DNA from: Planctomycetota bacterium
GTDB taxonomy: Bacteria; Planctomycetota; B15-G4; SIAN01
Direction of reading: 5' to 3'
Length of the DNA stretch: 46,618 nt
Assembly (NCBI GenBank): GCA_031409275.1
Contig: JANNXA010000001.1
Coordinates: 1 to 46,618 of the forward strand
Shown here: piece after piece, positions 1 to 8,289 of the stretch
Layout of the letters: every line of letters begins with the position of its first letter
How positions within the stretch are numbered: the stretch's first letter is position 1
The notes under the pieces: model-generated
What the model saw: only the letters and a program-made list of their open reading frames with translations
Databases searched by the model: none
Told to the model about the DNA's origin: nothing
Position numbers and translations under genes: made by a program

Positions 1-1903
1 TGCAGTCTGCGCCGATGATGCCGCGCCCCAGGTAGGGACTCTTCCACTCGTCGTAGAGTCGGTATTGGTCGCTCGCCGCCGTTGGATCGACTGGGATGAG
101 GGTCGAGCCGTACGGCGTGGACGGCAATTCGAGGATGTGGACGTACCCTTCGAAGTTGGCGAAGACCACTTCGAGGTTGTTGTCGCCGTCGAGGTCGAGC
201 ACGTGCATGTTGTCGTGGAAGCCGATCCACGTCCCATGCCCGATCGTCTTGATGGTTCCGCCCAACGTGCCATCGGGACTGCGATAGACCGGCGTCATTC
301 CCGCTTGTGCGTCCATCGGCGTGAGGATCGCCGCGTTGGGGACAGGGTCGACGTGGACGTGACGCAACGTGTGCGTGTAGGGGTTCGGGTAAGGATTGGT
401 CGGCGCCGTACCCACCGGCGGGAACTCCGCATTGTCGGCGACCGTCGCGACGCCGGCCAGCTTCAGAGCGTTCCACTCGGTTCCGGCCCATGCCGCGAAC
501 TCATGCACCCCAGGAATGAATCCAGCCGTCGGGTCGTGCTCCCAGTTCTTCAGCAGTTTCGGCTGGAACGAGGCGCCGGTGCCGAAGGTCAGCGTGTGGT
601 CCTCGCTTGGCCAGTGCATCGGGTAGTTGAACTCGTTGTCACCGACGCGACCGTTCACCGGGACCTTCAGTTCTCCCGGACGTCGGTTGGTGGAGATCGC
701 GGCCAAATCCCAGCCGTTGTTTGGCACCTTGGGGCGGTCGAATCGAACTCCCAGCACGTCGACCAGCAGGAATTGCGAGGTCCAGATCGGATCGGTCGAG
801 GGCAGCCAGCCGGCATGGCCGATCGCTGCCGACAGGTCCATCTGCAGGTCGTAGTACTCGGTTTGCGCATAACCGAAGTCGCTGATGTTCCAGGCCGCCG
901 TACCGCTGTAGATCGCCGGTTGAAGGAGGTTCATCACGCCGGACGAGAGCTGGCCCCACGAAAGACCGTCGAGATAGGACCTCGCGACGGCGATGGGCGG
1001 CCAAGTCGCCGATGAAGTGGTGTGAGGAATCGGCACGGTCGACCACTCCGAGCGCACGAAAGCCTCGGCCTCCTGCGTGCGCTGGATCGAGATCCAGAGG
1101 TTGTTCGAGAGGTTTTCGCCGACGTAAACGACGATGTCGCCTGCCTCGATCGCCTGCGCCGCCATCCCGAGCACTTCGGTGCCGCTTGAGTAGCGGCCAC
1201 CGTCGTAGGTCATGAACGCGCCCGACGCCGGTCCCGAGAACTGCTGCGGCCAGCCATCCACATCGCGGAAGCGGTTCTTGTTGCTGCCGAGGTGGCGCCA
1301 GTGGAAGGGATAGTTCACCAGCAGGATCGACGCAGGCACCACCGGCACCGGCCGCGCAGGCTTCAAGAGGTCGTCCGCGGCCATGCAGATCATCACCGGG
1401 CCGCCATTCAGCTTGTACGGCCACATCAAGACCTTGCGCTTGCCGGCACCCGGCACACCGTTCGTACCCGTGCAGCTCCACCAAGCCTGAGCCACCACCG
1501 GGAAGCTGGTGGCGCCGCCGCTCGAAATCAACGAGGTGAGATCGGTGTCGATCTCGGCACGCGTCTGAAGCGCCGTATTGAACGGCAACACTCCCTCCGC
1601 TGCGCCGAGCGTGGCATCAATCCTCGAGTCGAACTCGTAGAGGTCGAGGCCGTACTTCTTCACCAGATCGAGGAAGTTGCCAAAAGTGGGGTTGTACGGC
1701 ACTGCGTAGTGGTGCCCGCCCGTTCCGACCTCGTCGTAGCGCTGGTAAGGAATGAACCCGCCGAGATCGACCTGCGTCTCCGCGGCGTCCGCTTCGTAGG
1801 TGTTGCTGCGACCGTCATTGACGTAGAAACGCTTGACGTTCGTCTGCGCGGCAGCCACTGGAGCGAGGAACGCGAGGGAGACAGCGCACAGCGCCGCACG
1901 CAG
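1..1903 (-). CDS. Large secreted protein with FG-GAP/VCBS-like motif; runs off the window start, start codon uncertain
   Basis: Absent from the ORF track because it has no stop in the window. Manual translation gives an open frame from 1972 to base 2, with signal-like LRAALCAVSLAFLAPVAAA|Q and the motif VLDLDGDNNLEVVFANFEGYVHIL near 150-210. No in-frame ATG precedes the signal peptide; the CTG at 1903 is a placeholder. Confidence 0.75.
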   Translation of the reverse strand, partial: MRAALCAVSLAFLAPVAAAQTNVKRFYVNDGRSNTYEADAAETQVDLGGFIPYQRYDEVGTGGHHYAVPYNPTFGNFLDLVKKYGLDLYEFDSRIDATLGAAEGVLPFNTALQTRAEIDTDLTSLISSGGATSFPVVAQAWWSCTGTNGVPGAGKRKVLMWPYKLNGGPVMICMAADDLLKPARPVPVVPASILLVNYPFHWRHLGSNKNRFRDVDGWPQQFSGPASGAFMTYDGGRYSSGTEVLGMAAQAIEAGDIVVYVGENLSNNLWISIQRTQEAEAFVRSEWSTVPIPHTTSSATWPPIAVARSYLDGLSWGQLSSGVMNLLQPAIYSGTAAWNISDFGYAQTEYYDLQMDLSAAIGHAGWLPSTDPIWTSQFLLVDVLGVRFDRPKVPNNGWDLAAISTNRRPGELKVPVNGRVGDNEFNYPMHWPSEDHTLTFGTGASFQPKLLKNWEHDPTAGFIPGVHEFAAWAGTEWNALKLAGVATVADNAEFPPVGTAPTNPYPNPYTHTLRHVHVDPVPNAAILTPMDAQAGMTPVYRSPDGTLGGTIKTIGHGTWIGFHDNMHVLDLDGDNNLEVVFANFEGYVHILELPSTPYGSTLIPVDPTAASDQYRLYDEWKSPYLGRGIIGADC

Positions 1904-2220
1904 GCGCCCGAGTGTCGATGCGCCTCCCCCGCACTCTTTTGCTGCGAGCCGTCGCCGACGGCGCGGCCCGGCTCAGCTCCTGTGCATTGCATCCACCCCA
2001 TGGACTCTTGCATCGACTCGCCCTCCTCTTCGCCACAGCCGTGGCCGGTCGCCACGCCGTCGGCGTACCCCAGGAAGCCTGCCCGTCGTGATCGAGAACG
2101 GGCCTCGTTTCCTCGCGATCGGACCATCGCAAGGGACTGGGAGTAGCGCGGTTCGGTGGAGCGTCAAGGGGTGCCCGTGCGGATGTGCTTTCAGCAGCGA
2201 GCTTTCCTCTTCGGCGCCCA

Positions 2221-3426
2221 TCACCCGCCCCCGAACAGCCTCCGCCAGAAACCGAGACTCTTGGCGCCCCCGGTTTCATTGCCGCCACCCGTCGCGCCGG
2301 TACCCACCGCCCCCGCGCTCGCGCGCTCCGGCCTCCCCCAATCGCTCGGTGGTTGCAGCAGTTGTTCCGCGATCCGCGCGGCGCCGTCGCCCTCGACACA
2401 GGCACGCGCGACGAACGCGGCGGCATGACCTTCCAACAGCGAACGCGGCGCGGCCGGCGTCGCGACTGCCGCGGCGAAGCGCGTCCAATCGGCGACGCCA
2501 CGCATCATCGGCAGCGGCGCGTAGTCGGGAAGCGCGAGGTCATACGCGGCGACCGCGACCGGCCGGCCGGCGCGCGCGGCGTCGAGCGCGACCGTCGACG
2601 GAGTCGTGATCACCCCTTGCGCCAGCGCCAGCAGCGCCGGCGTCGTCCACGCGGCGAAACGGCGATCGTCGGGCGCCGCGATCACGAGGTTGGCGGCCCG
2701 CGACGGCTTTCCAGAAGAACGCTCGGTCAGCCACCTCCCCGCCGGGTGGGGGCGCACGAAGAAGCTCGCGCCCGGCAGGGCGGCGACCGCGGCTTCGAGA
2801 TCGCGCACGAAGGCGGCGCGATAGCTCTCCGAGTAGCGGTTCCAGTGGAGGTTCTCGAAGACCGCGATCAGCGGCACGCGCGCATCGGGTCGCGGCGGCA
2901 ACGGCGTGTCCGCGCGCGCCGCTTTGCTGCACCCCACCGCCACACACTTCGCGCGCGTCGCCGCCGCCACCGCAGGATGGAGGCGCGCTTCGGGCCCCCA
3001 CGTGAAGATGCGCTGCGCGGCGAAGTCGACGCTTCCGGGCGGGTAGTCGCCGTCGAACCAGGTGAGGCCGATGTTGTCGAAGCCGTGCTGCAGCGTCGCG
3101 GTACGGACGCCATGGGCGTGCGCGCGCTCCACCAGTTGGCGCGCGAAGCGATGGGCCGGAGCATTGCTCTCGGTCGGCGCGATCAATGCGGCGATGCCCG
3201 TGAAATCGGGCGCCGCGCCGCCAGCCACCGCGTCGTCGTCGAGCTCGCCCCAACCCGGGAGCTTCGCATCGAGCAGCGCTCGCAACTCCGGCGTCTTCTT
3301 CAGCGCCTTGGCGCGCACCCACACCACCACCGTGCCGCCGCGCGCGCGGATCGCCGCCGCAATCGGCGCCACCAGCTCGAGGTCGGTCACGACCTGCACG
3401 ACGCACGCGATCGCCGTGGCGCTCAT
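2221..3426 (-). CDS. GT-B fold glycosyltransferase-like / surface polysaccharide biosynthesis protein
   Basis: 401 aa with TLQHG, FVRPHP and VITTPSTVALDAARAGRPV motifs typical of GT-B capsule-type proteins; starts 7 nt after the sulfatase stop. Confidence 0.6.
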   Translation of the reverse strand: MSATAIACVVQVVTDLELVAPIAAAIRARGGTVVVWVRAKALKKTPELRALLDAKLPGWGELDDDAVAGGAAPDFTGIAALIAPTESNAPAHRFARQLVERAHAHGVRTATLQHGFDNIGLTWFDGDYPPGSVDFAAQRIFTWGPEARLHPAVAAATRAKCVAVGCSKAARADTPLPPRPDARVPLIAVFENLHWNRYSESYRAAFVRDLEAAVAALPGASFFVRPHPAGRWLTERSSGKPSRAANLVIAAPDDRRFAAWTTPALLALAQGVITTPSTVALDAARAGRPVAVAAYDLALPDYAPLPMMRGVADWTRFAAAVATPAAPRSLLEGHAAAFVARACVEGDGAARIAEQLLQPPSDWGRPERASAGAVGTGATGGGNETGGAKSLGFWRRLFGGG

Positions 3427-3433
3427 CGCCGGC

Positions 3434-5737
3434 TCACTTCACGTAGCCGAGCCGGCGCAACTCGGCGTCGAGGTCGGGGAGCAGCGACGCGGCCGAAGAG
3501 CCGGCCTGGCGCGCATGCTCCGCGCAGCGCTCGCGCAGCAGTTGCGCCAGCGCGTCGCGCACGCGCGGCTCGCTCTCCGACAAGTCGCGCTGCTCGGCAG
3601 GATCGGCCACGAGGTCGTAGAGCTCGAGCCGTTCGAGGCGCGGCGAGGCGATCAATTTGTAGCGACCGCGCACCAACCCCTCGCGGCGGCCAAACGGCAG
3701 CGCATCGAGCTCGGTCGCATGTTCCGTGGCCAGCACGATCGACTCGGGGAAGTGGTCGGCCGCCAGCGGCTGCGGCGCGCCGTCGCGCGTGAGCAGCTCA
3801 TCCAGCAGCGCGCCGAGATCCATCGTGCACCAGGGCGCCGCCGCACGCCCCGCCGCCAACGTCGGCGCGCGCACGATCAGCGGCACACGCACCGACTCGT
3901 CGTAGAGATGGTCGCCGTGGAAGATGCCGCGATGGTCGAGGAACTCCTCGCCATGGTCGGCCGTCAGCACGATCACCGCGTCGTCGAGCCGTCCACGCGC
4001 GCGCAAACCGTCGAGCAGCGCGCCGAACCAGCGATCGACCCAGCGCACCTCGTCGTCGTAGAGGTCGCGCGCGCGCGCCGCGGCCGCCCGCAACTCGGGC
4101 GTGAGGCCGTGCTCGACCTGCAGGTGCAGCGGCGTGCCCGCGAAGCGCGCCAGCAAGGCATCGCTCTCCAGGTCGCGGAACGGGTTGTCGGGCGCGCTGA
4201 CGGTCCGCTCGCCGGGTGGCAGCAGCGACGAGTAGGGCGCGTGCGGATCGATGAGGTGGAGATAGGCGAAGAGGCGATCGTCTTCATGGCGATCGACCCA
4301 CTCGAGCGCGCGCGCCACGACCTTGCGTGCGTTGCCCCAGCTGAGCTCCTGCCACGTTTCGAAGCCTTGCTGGAAGTTGCTGTCGCGCGAGATCAGCGAG
4401 TTGGCGACGAAGCCGCCGGTGGTGATGCCCAGCGCCGCGAAACGCTCGGCCAGGGTCTCCTGACGATCGGGCAGCCACGGCGTGCGGGTCACGCCATGCA
4501 CATCGGGCGCGAGACCGGTCAGCAGGCTCGTCGTCGACGGCAACGTCCACGGGCTTGGCGCATAGGCGCGTTCGAACAGGAGCGCCTCGCGCGCGAAGGC
4601 GTCGATGCGTGGCGAGGTGGGCCGCGGCGCGCCGTAGCAGGAGAGCGCATCGGCGCGCAGCGTGTCGACCACGACCACGAAGACGTCGGGACGGCCGCGG
4701 CCGCGCGGCTGCCGGGCGGTGAGGCGCGGCGCGACGAGGCGTGGCATCACGAACTGTGCGGCGCGCGGCGACGCCGCCGGATCGACGGGCGCGGCAGCGG
4801 CCGGCTGCGCTTCGAAGGAGAGCTCCACCTCGCGGCCGCCAAAACGCGCGAGGTCGAGCGCCACTTCGCGCCGGCGCTCCGGTGCGTCGGCAGCGGTCGG
4901 TTGGCGGCGCCACTCGCGCAAGAGCTCGCCATCGACCCGCACGCCGAACTTCACGGCCCCCGCCTGGCCGGGCGGCAGCGCATCGAAGCAGCAGAGGCGC
5001 GCCTGATCGGGCACTTGCACGCGGATGGCGATCGAGCCGGGCACCGCCACGGTCAGCACGTCGGCCGCACCCGTCGCCGCGTCGACCTTCTCGGCGAGGT
5101 GGAGCACCACGCCATCGACGGCGAGTCGGCGATCGTCAGGTCGCGGTGCGCGTCCTTGCGAACGCAGCTCCAGTTGCGTCCACGCCAACCGCGGCGCGCG
5201 GCCGTCCGCAGCGCGCGTCGTCAATCGCAGCTCGCCCCGTTTCCCGACGAGGCTCGCCAGTTCGACGACGCCTGAGAGCGCCGCGCGCTCGCCGGCGGCC
5301 ACGTGGAGGTCGAGCAGTCGATTCGCCGCACCGTCCCCGTCGAGCAGCTCGATCGACACATCGAGCTCACCGACGACGCCAGCCTCGTCCAACTTGCTTG
5401 GTCCCGCTCGATAAAGGAGCTGCGCACCCGCGTGCAGCTCGACGTCGGGCCACGCGAGCGCGGTGCCGGCGGCCACCGACAGCTCGAAGGAGTCGTCCGC
5501 GCGGTTCTTCTCCCAATCGCCGATCAGATAAGGCGCCGCGCTCGCGCGCGCGTGGTCGCTGTGCGCGCGCCCGAAGTCAGCCAGCAGGTCGAGGTGCTGC
5601 TCGCGCATCGCAGGCGGTGACGTCGACGCCGGCGCGGACGGCGTGCGTCCACGACAACCCAGCGCGACGGCCAGTGCGGTGACGCCGAGCGCCCCCACGA
5701 TCCATGGCCAGCCGCAACCATCCGCGCCCGTTCGCAT
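3434..5737 (-). CDS. Sulfatase-like hydrolase/transferase (alkaline phosphatase superfamily), probable lipoprotein
   Basis: Motifs VVVVDTLRAD, PWTLPSTTSLLTG, HLIDPHAPY, TADHGEEF, ELYDLVADPAE and C-terminal LRRLGY; lipobox-like LAVALGC. Start moved to ATG 5737 because the track start (5797) lies inside the MITE. Confidence 0.85.
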   Translation of the reverse strand: MRTGADGCGWPWIVGALGVTALAVALGCRGRTPSAPASTSPPAMREQHLDLLADFGRAHSDHARASAAPYLIGDWEKNRADDSFELSVAAGTALAWPDVELHAGAQLLYRAGPSKLDEAGVVGELDVSIELLDGDGAANRLLDLHVAAGERAALSGVVELASLVGKRGELRLTTRAADGRAPRLAWTQLELRSQGRAPRPDDRRLAVDGVVLHLAEKVDAATGAADVLTVAVPGSIAIRVQVPDQARLCCFDALPPGQAGAVKFGVRVDGELLREWRRQPTAADAPERRREVALDLARFGGREVELSFEAQPAAAAPVDPAASPRAAQFVMPRLVAPRLTARQPRGRGRPDVFVVVVDTLRADALSCYGAPRPTSPRIDAFAREALLFERAYAPSPWTLPSTTSLLTGLAPDVHGVTRTPWLPDRQETLAERFAALGITTGGFVANSLISRDSNFQQGFETWQELSWGNARKVVARALEWVDRHEDDRLFAYLHLIDPHAPYSSLLPPGERTVSAPDNPFRDLESDALLARFAGTPLHLQVEHGLTPELRAAAARARDLYDDEVRWVDRWFGALLDGLRARGRLDDAVIVLTADHGEEFLDHRGIFHGDHLYDESVRVPLIVRAPTLAAGRAAAPWCTMDLGALLDELLTRDGAPQPLAADHFPESIVLATEHATELDALPFGRREGLVRGRYKLIASPRLERLELYDLVADPAEQRDLSESEPRVRDALAQLLRERCAEHARQAGSSAASLLPDLDAELRRLGYVK

Positions 5738-5752
5738 GCGCGCGCAGGCTAG

Positions 5753-5912
5753 CAGCCCATTGGAGAACTCTCCGTGTCGCTCGACGGCGTCTTTCAAGCC
5801 GGGACTTCGTCGGAGCTTCTCGACAACTCACCGGGGAGTTGGCTTCAAACCTCCTCCTCGCCCCGACTCGAAATCCACTCGCCGGTCTCGCGGCGACTTC
5901 TCCAACGGGCTG
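5753..5912. mobile_element. 160-bp MITE, copy 1
   Basis: TIR CAGCCCATTGGAGAA...TTCTCCAACGGGCTG (1 mismatch); flanks CTAG (5749-52) and CTAA (5913-16); about 17 differences from copy 3 by hand alignment. Confidence 0.9.
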
Positions 5913-5922
5913 CTAACCCGCC

Positions 5923-8022
5923 TCAGCGTCCCGTGTGTTCGAGCAGCCAGCTCTGCGCCGACTTCGTCTTCCCGCGGCCGGCCGTGGCGCGCGCGTAGGT
6001 GCCGTCCGAGCGCAGCTCGAAGGCCTGCGCCGTGTCATCGAGGTAGGGCTTCAGCCCCTCGCGCAGCACGCGCTGCTTCAGGGCCTTGTCGAGGATGGGG
6101 AACATGGTCTCGACGCGGCGCTGCAGGTTGCGCTCCATCCAGTCGGCGCTCGACAGGAAGACCAGCTCCTCGCCGGCTGCATGGAAATGGCAGACGCGGC
6201 TGTGTTCGAGGAAGCGGCCGACGATGGAGCGAACGCGGATGTTCTGCGACACGCCGGCGATGCCGGGCCGCAGCGAACACATGCCGCGAACGATCAGGTC
6301 GATGGAGACGCCCGCCTGCGACGCCTTCAGCAGCGCCTGCATGATCGCCGGGTCGGTGAGCGCGTTCAGCTTGGCGACGATGGCCGCGGGCCGCTCCGCC
6401 TTCGCCTCTTCCGTTTCGCGGCCGATCAGCGCGATCAGCCGCTCGTGCATCGCGAACGGCGACTGCACCAACTGCTTCAGCTTCGCCACCTTGCCGAGCC
6501 CGGTGAGCTGCTGGAACAACGAGTGGACATCCTCGGTCAGCTCCTCGTTCGCGGTCAGCAGGCCCCAGTCGGTGTAGGCGCGCGCCGTGCGCGTGTGGTA
6601 GTTGCCGGTGCCCAGGTGGGCGTAGCGACGCAGATGGCCGCCTTCGCGCCGCACCACCAGCAGCATCTTCGCGTGCGTCTTGTAACCGACGATTCCGTAG
6701 ACGACGCGCGCGCCGGCGTCCTGCAGTCGCGTCGCGAGATCGATGTTGGCCGCCTCATCGAAGCGCGCGCGCAACTCGACGACCGCGGTGACCTCCTTGC
6801 CCGCACGCGCAGCGCGCATGAGCGCGTCGGCCAGCGGCGAATCGCTTCCCGTGCGATAGAGCGTCTGTTTGATCGCCAGCACTTCGGGATCGGCCGCCGC
6901 CTGCATCGCGAAGTCGACGACGGGCGCGAACGACTCGAACGGCGTGTGGATCAGCAGATCGCCGCCGCGGATCGCCTCGAAGAGGTCGGCGGCTCGCTGG
7001 ACGCGCGCCGCAACGCTCGGCACGAAGGGCGCGAACTTGAGTTCGGGGCGCTCGACCGCGTCGTAGATGGCGCCGATGCGGTGCAGGTTGACCGGGCCGT
7101 TCACGCGATAGACCGACTCGATGGGCAGCCGGAACTGCTCGAGCAGGAAGTTGATGGTGGTCTGCGGGCAGTCGGCAGTCACTTCGAGGCGCATCGCGAT
7201 GCCGAAGTTGCGACGCGTCAGCTCGCCCTTCAGCGCGGCCATCAAGTCCTCGATCTCCTCCTCGTCGACCCAGAGGTCGGAATCGCGAGTGACGCGGAAC
7301 TCGTGGCAGCTCTTCACCTTCATGCCAGGGAAGAGCTCGGCGACGTGACCCTGGATCAGCGCCGACAGCAGCACGAAATCCCACGGCTTCTCGGCCACGC
7401 CGCTCGGCAGGTGGAAGAGGCGCGGCAGCGAACGCGGCGCCTGCACGACGGCCAGCCGCGCGCTGCGCCCGAAGGCGTCGGCGCCTTCGAGCTCGAGGAT
7501 CATGTTGAGCGACTTGTTGAGCACGCGCGGGAAGGGGTGAGCCGGATCGAGCCCCACCGGCGTCAGCACCGGCAGCACCTCCTCGCGAAAGAAGCGGTGG
7601 GCCCACTCGCGTTGCGCCTTCGTCCAGGAGGCCGGCTTGAGCAGGCGCACGCCTTCCTTGTCGAGCTCCGGCAGCAGCACGTCGTTCAGGACGCGGTACT
7701 GCTCGGCCACGAGGTACTGCGCCACGGCGGCGATGCGACGCAACAGCTCCGCCGGCGCGATCTGCGCGGCGCCGAGCTTGGGAGCGCCCTGCGTCAACTG
7801 CTCGCGGATGCCCGCCTCGCGGATCTCGAAGAACTCGTCGAGGTTGTTCGAGCAGATGGTGAGGAAGCGCAGCCGTTCCAGCAGCGGCATCGAGGCGTCG
7901 GTCGCCTGCGCCAGGACGCGCCGCTGGAACTCGAGCAGCGACAGCTCGCGGCTCAGGTACCAGCGTGGGTCGGCGAGGTCGATCTTCGGGGTCGGCGGCC
8001 GCGAGGCGGCGGCATCGGTCAC
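5923..8022 (-). CDS. ppk1: Polyphosphate kinase 1
   Basis: YLSRELSLLEFQRRVL, NLDEFFEIR, HPFP, IHTPFESF, IKQTLYRT, ELRARFDE, KTHAK, GTGNY, GRFLEHSR and SSADWMERN motifs; GTG at 8022 with GGAG upstream; 699 aa. Confidence 0.96.
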   Translation of the reverse strand: MTDAAASRPPTPKIDLADPRWYLSRELSLLEFQRRVLAQATDASMPLLERLRFLTICSNNLDEFFEIREAGIREQLTQGAPKLGAAQIAPAELLRRIAAVAQYLVAEQYRVLNDVLLPELDKEGVRLLKPASWTKAQREWAHRFFREEVLPVLTPVGLDPAHPFPRVLNKSLNMILELEGADAFGRSARLAVVQAPRSLPRLFHLPSGVAEKPWDFVLLSALIQGHVAELFPGMKVKSCHEFRVTRDSDLWVDEEEIEDLMAALKGELTRRNFGIAMRLEVTADCPQTTINFLLEQFRLPIESVYRVNGPVNLHRIGAIYDAVERPELKFAPFVPSVAARVQRAADLFEAIRGGDLLIHTPFESFAPVVDFAMQAAADPEVLAIKQTLYRTGSDSPLADALMRAARAGKEVTAVVELRARFDEAANIDLATRLQDAGARVVYGIVGYKTHAKMLLVVRREGGHLRRYAHLGTGNYHTRTARAYTDWGLLTANEELTEDVHSLFQQLTGLGKVAKLKQLVQSPFAMHERLIALIGRETEEAKAERPAAIVAKLNALTDPAIMQALLKASQAGVSIDLIVRGMCSLRPGIAGVSQNIRVRSIVGRFLEHSRVCHFHAAGEELVFLSSADWMERNLQRRVETMFPILDKALKQRVLREGLKPYLDDTAQAFELRSDGTYARATAGRGKTKSAQSWLLEHTGR

Positions 8023-8289
8023 GGTTGGCTCCGGCGGCGGGCGCCCGGCGGCGAGCAGTCCATGACCGCTCTTTCGGCGCCCGCAGGGGGAGGGATGGTA
8101 CTCGGCGCAGGTAAAGGAGCCGGGAAGGGGGCCACTCCCAGGGGCGGGGGCGATGGGTGTCACGATCGGGCCGACGACGGTGGCGCGCCGACCACCGTCC
8201 GACCGTGGTGCTATTCGTTGAACACCGACACTGCAGCGCTTCCGCGTTCGCGCCGCGCCGCCGTCCCCACCACGAAGGAGCCCACCGTG

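Noticed and set aside
65..1015. 316-aa plus-strand ORF and other overlapping ORFs in 1-2200
   Set aside because: Antisense or off-frame shadows of the minus-strand secreted protein.
5738..5797. Shared N-terminus MKDAxxRHGEFSNGLL on three ORFs (also 28361 and 41814)
   Set aside because: Translation of the MITE end, not a conserved peptide domain.
5935..8289. N-terminal 785 aa of the 1530-aa ORF, and 8023-9159 of the 1078-aa ORF
   Set aside because: Shadows of ppk1 and the beta-helix gene; real starts with RBS at 8290 and 8022. Not fusion proteins.
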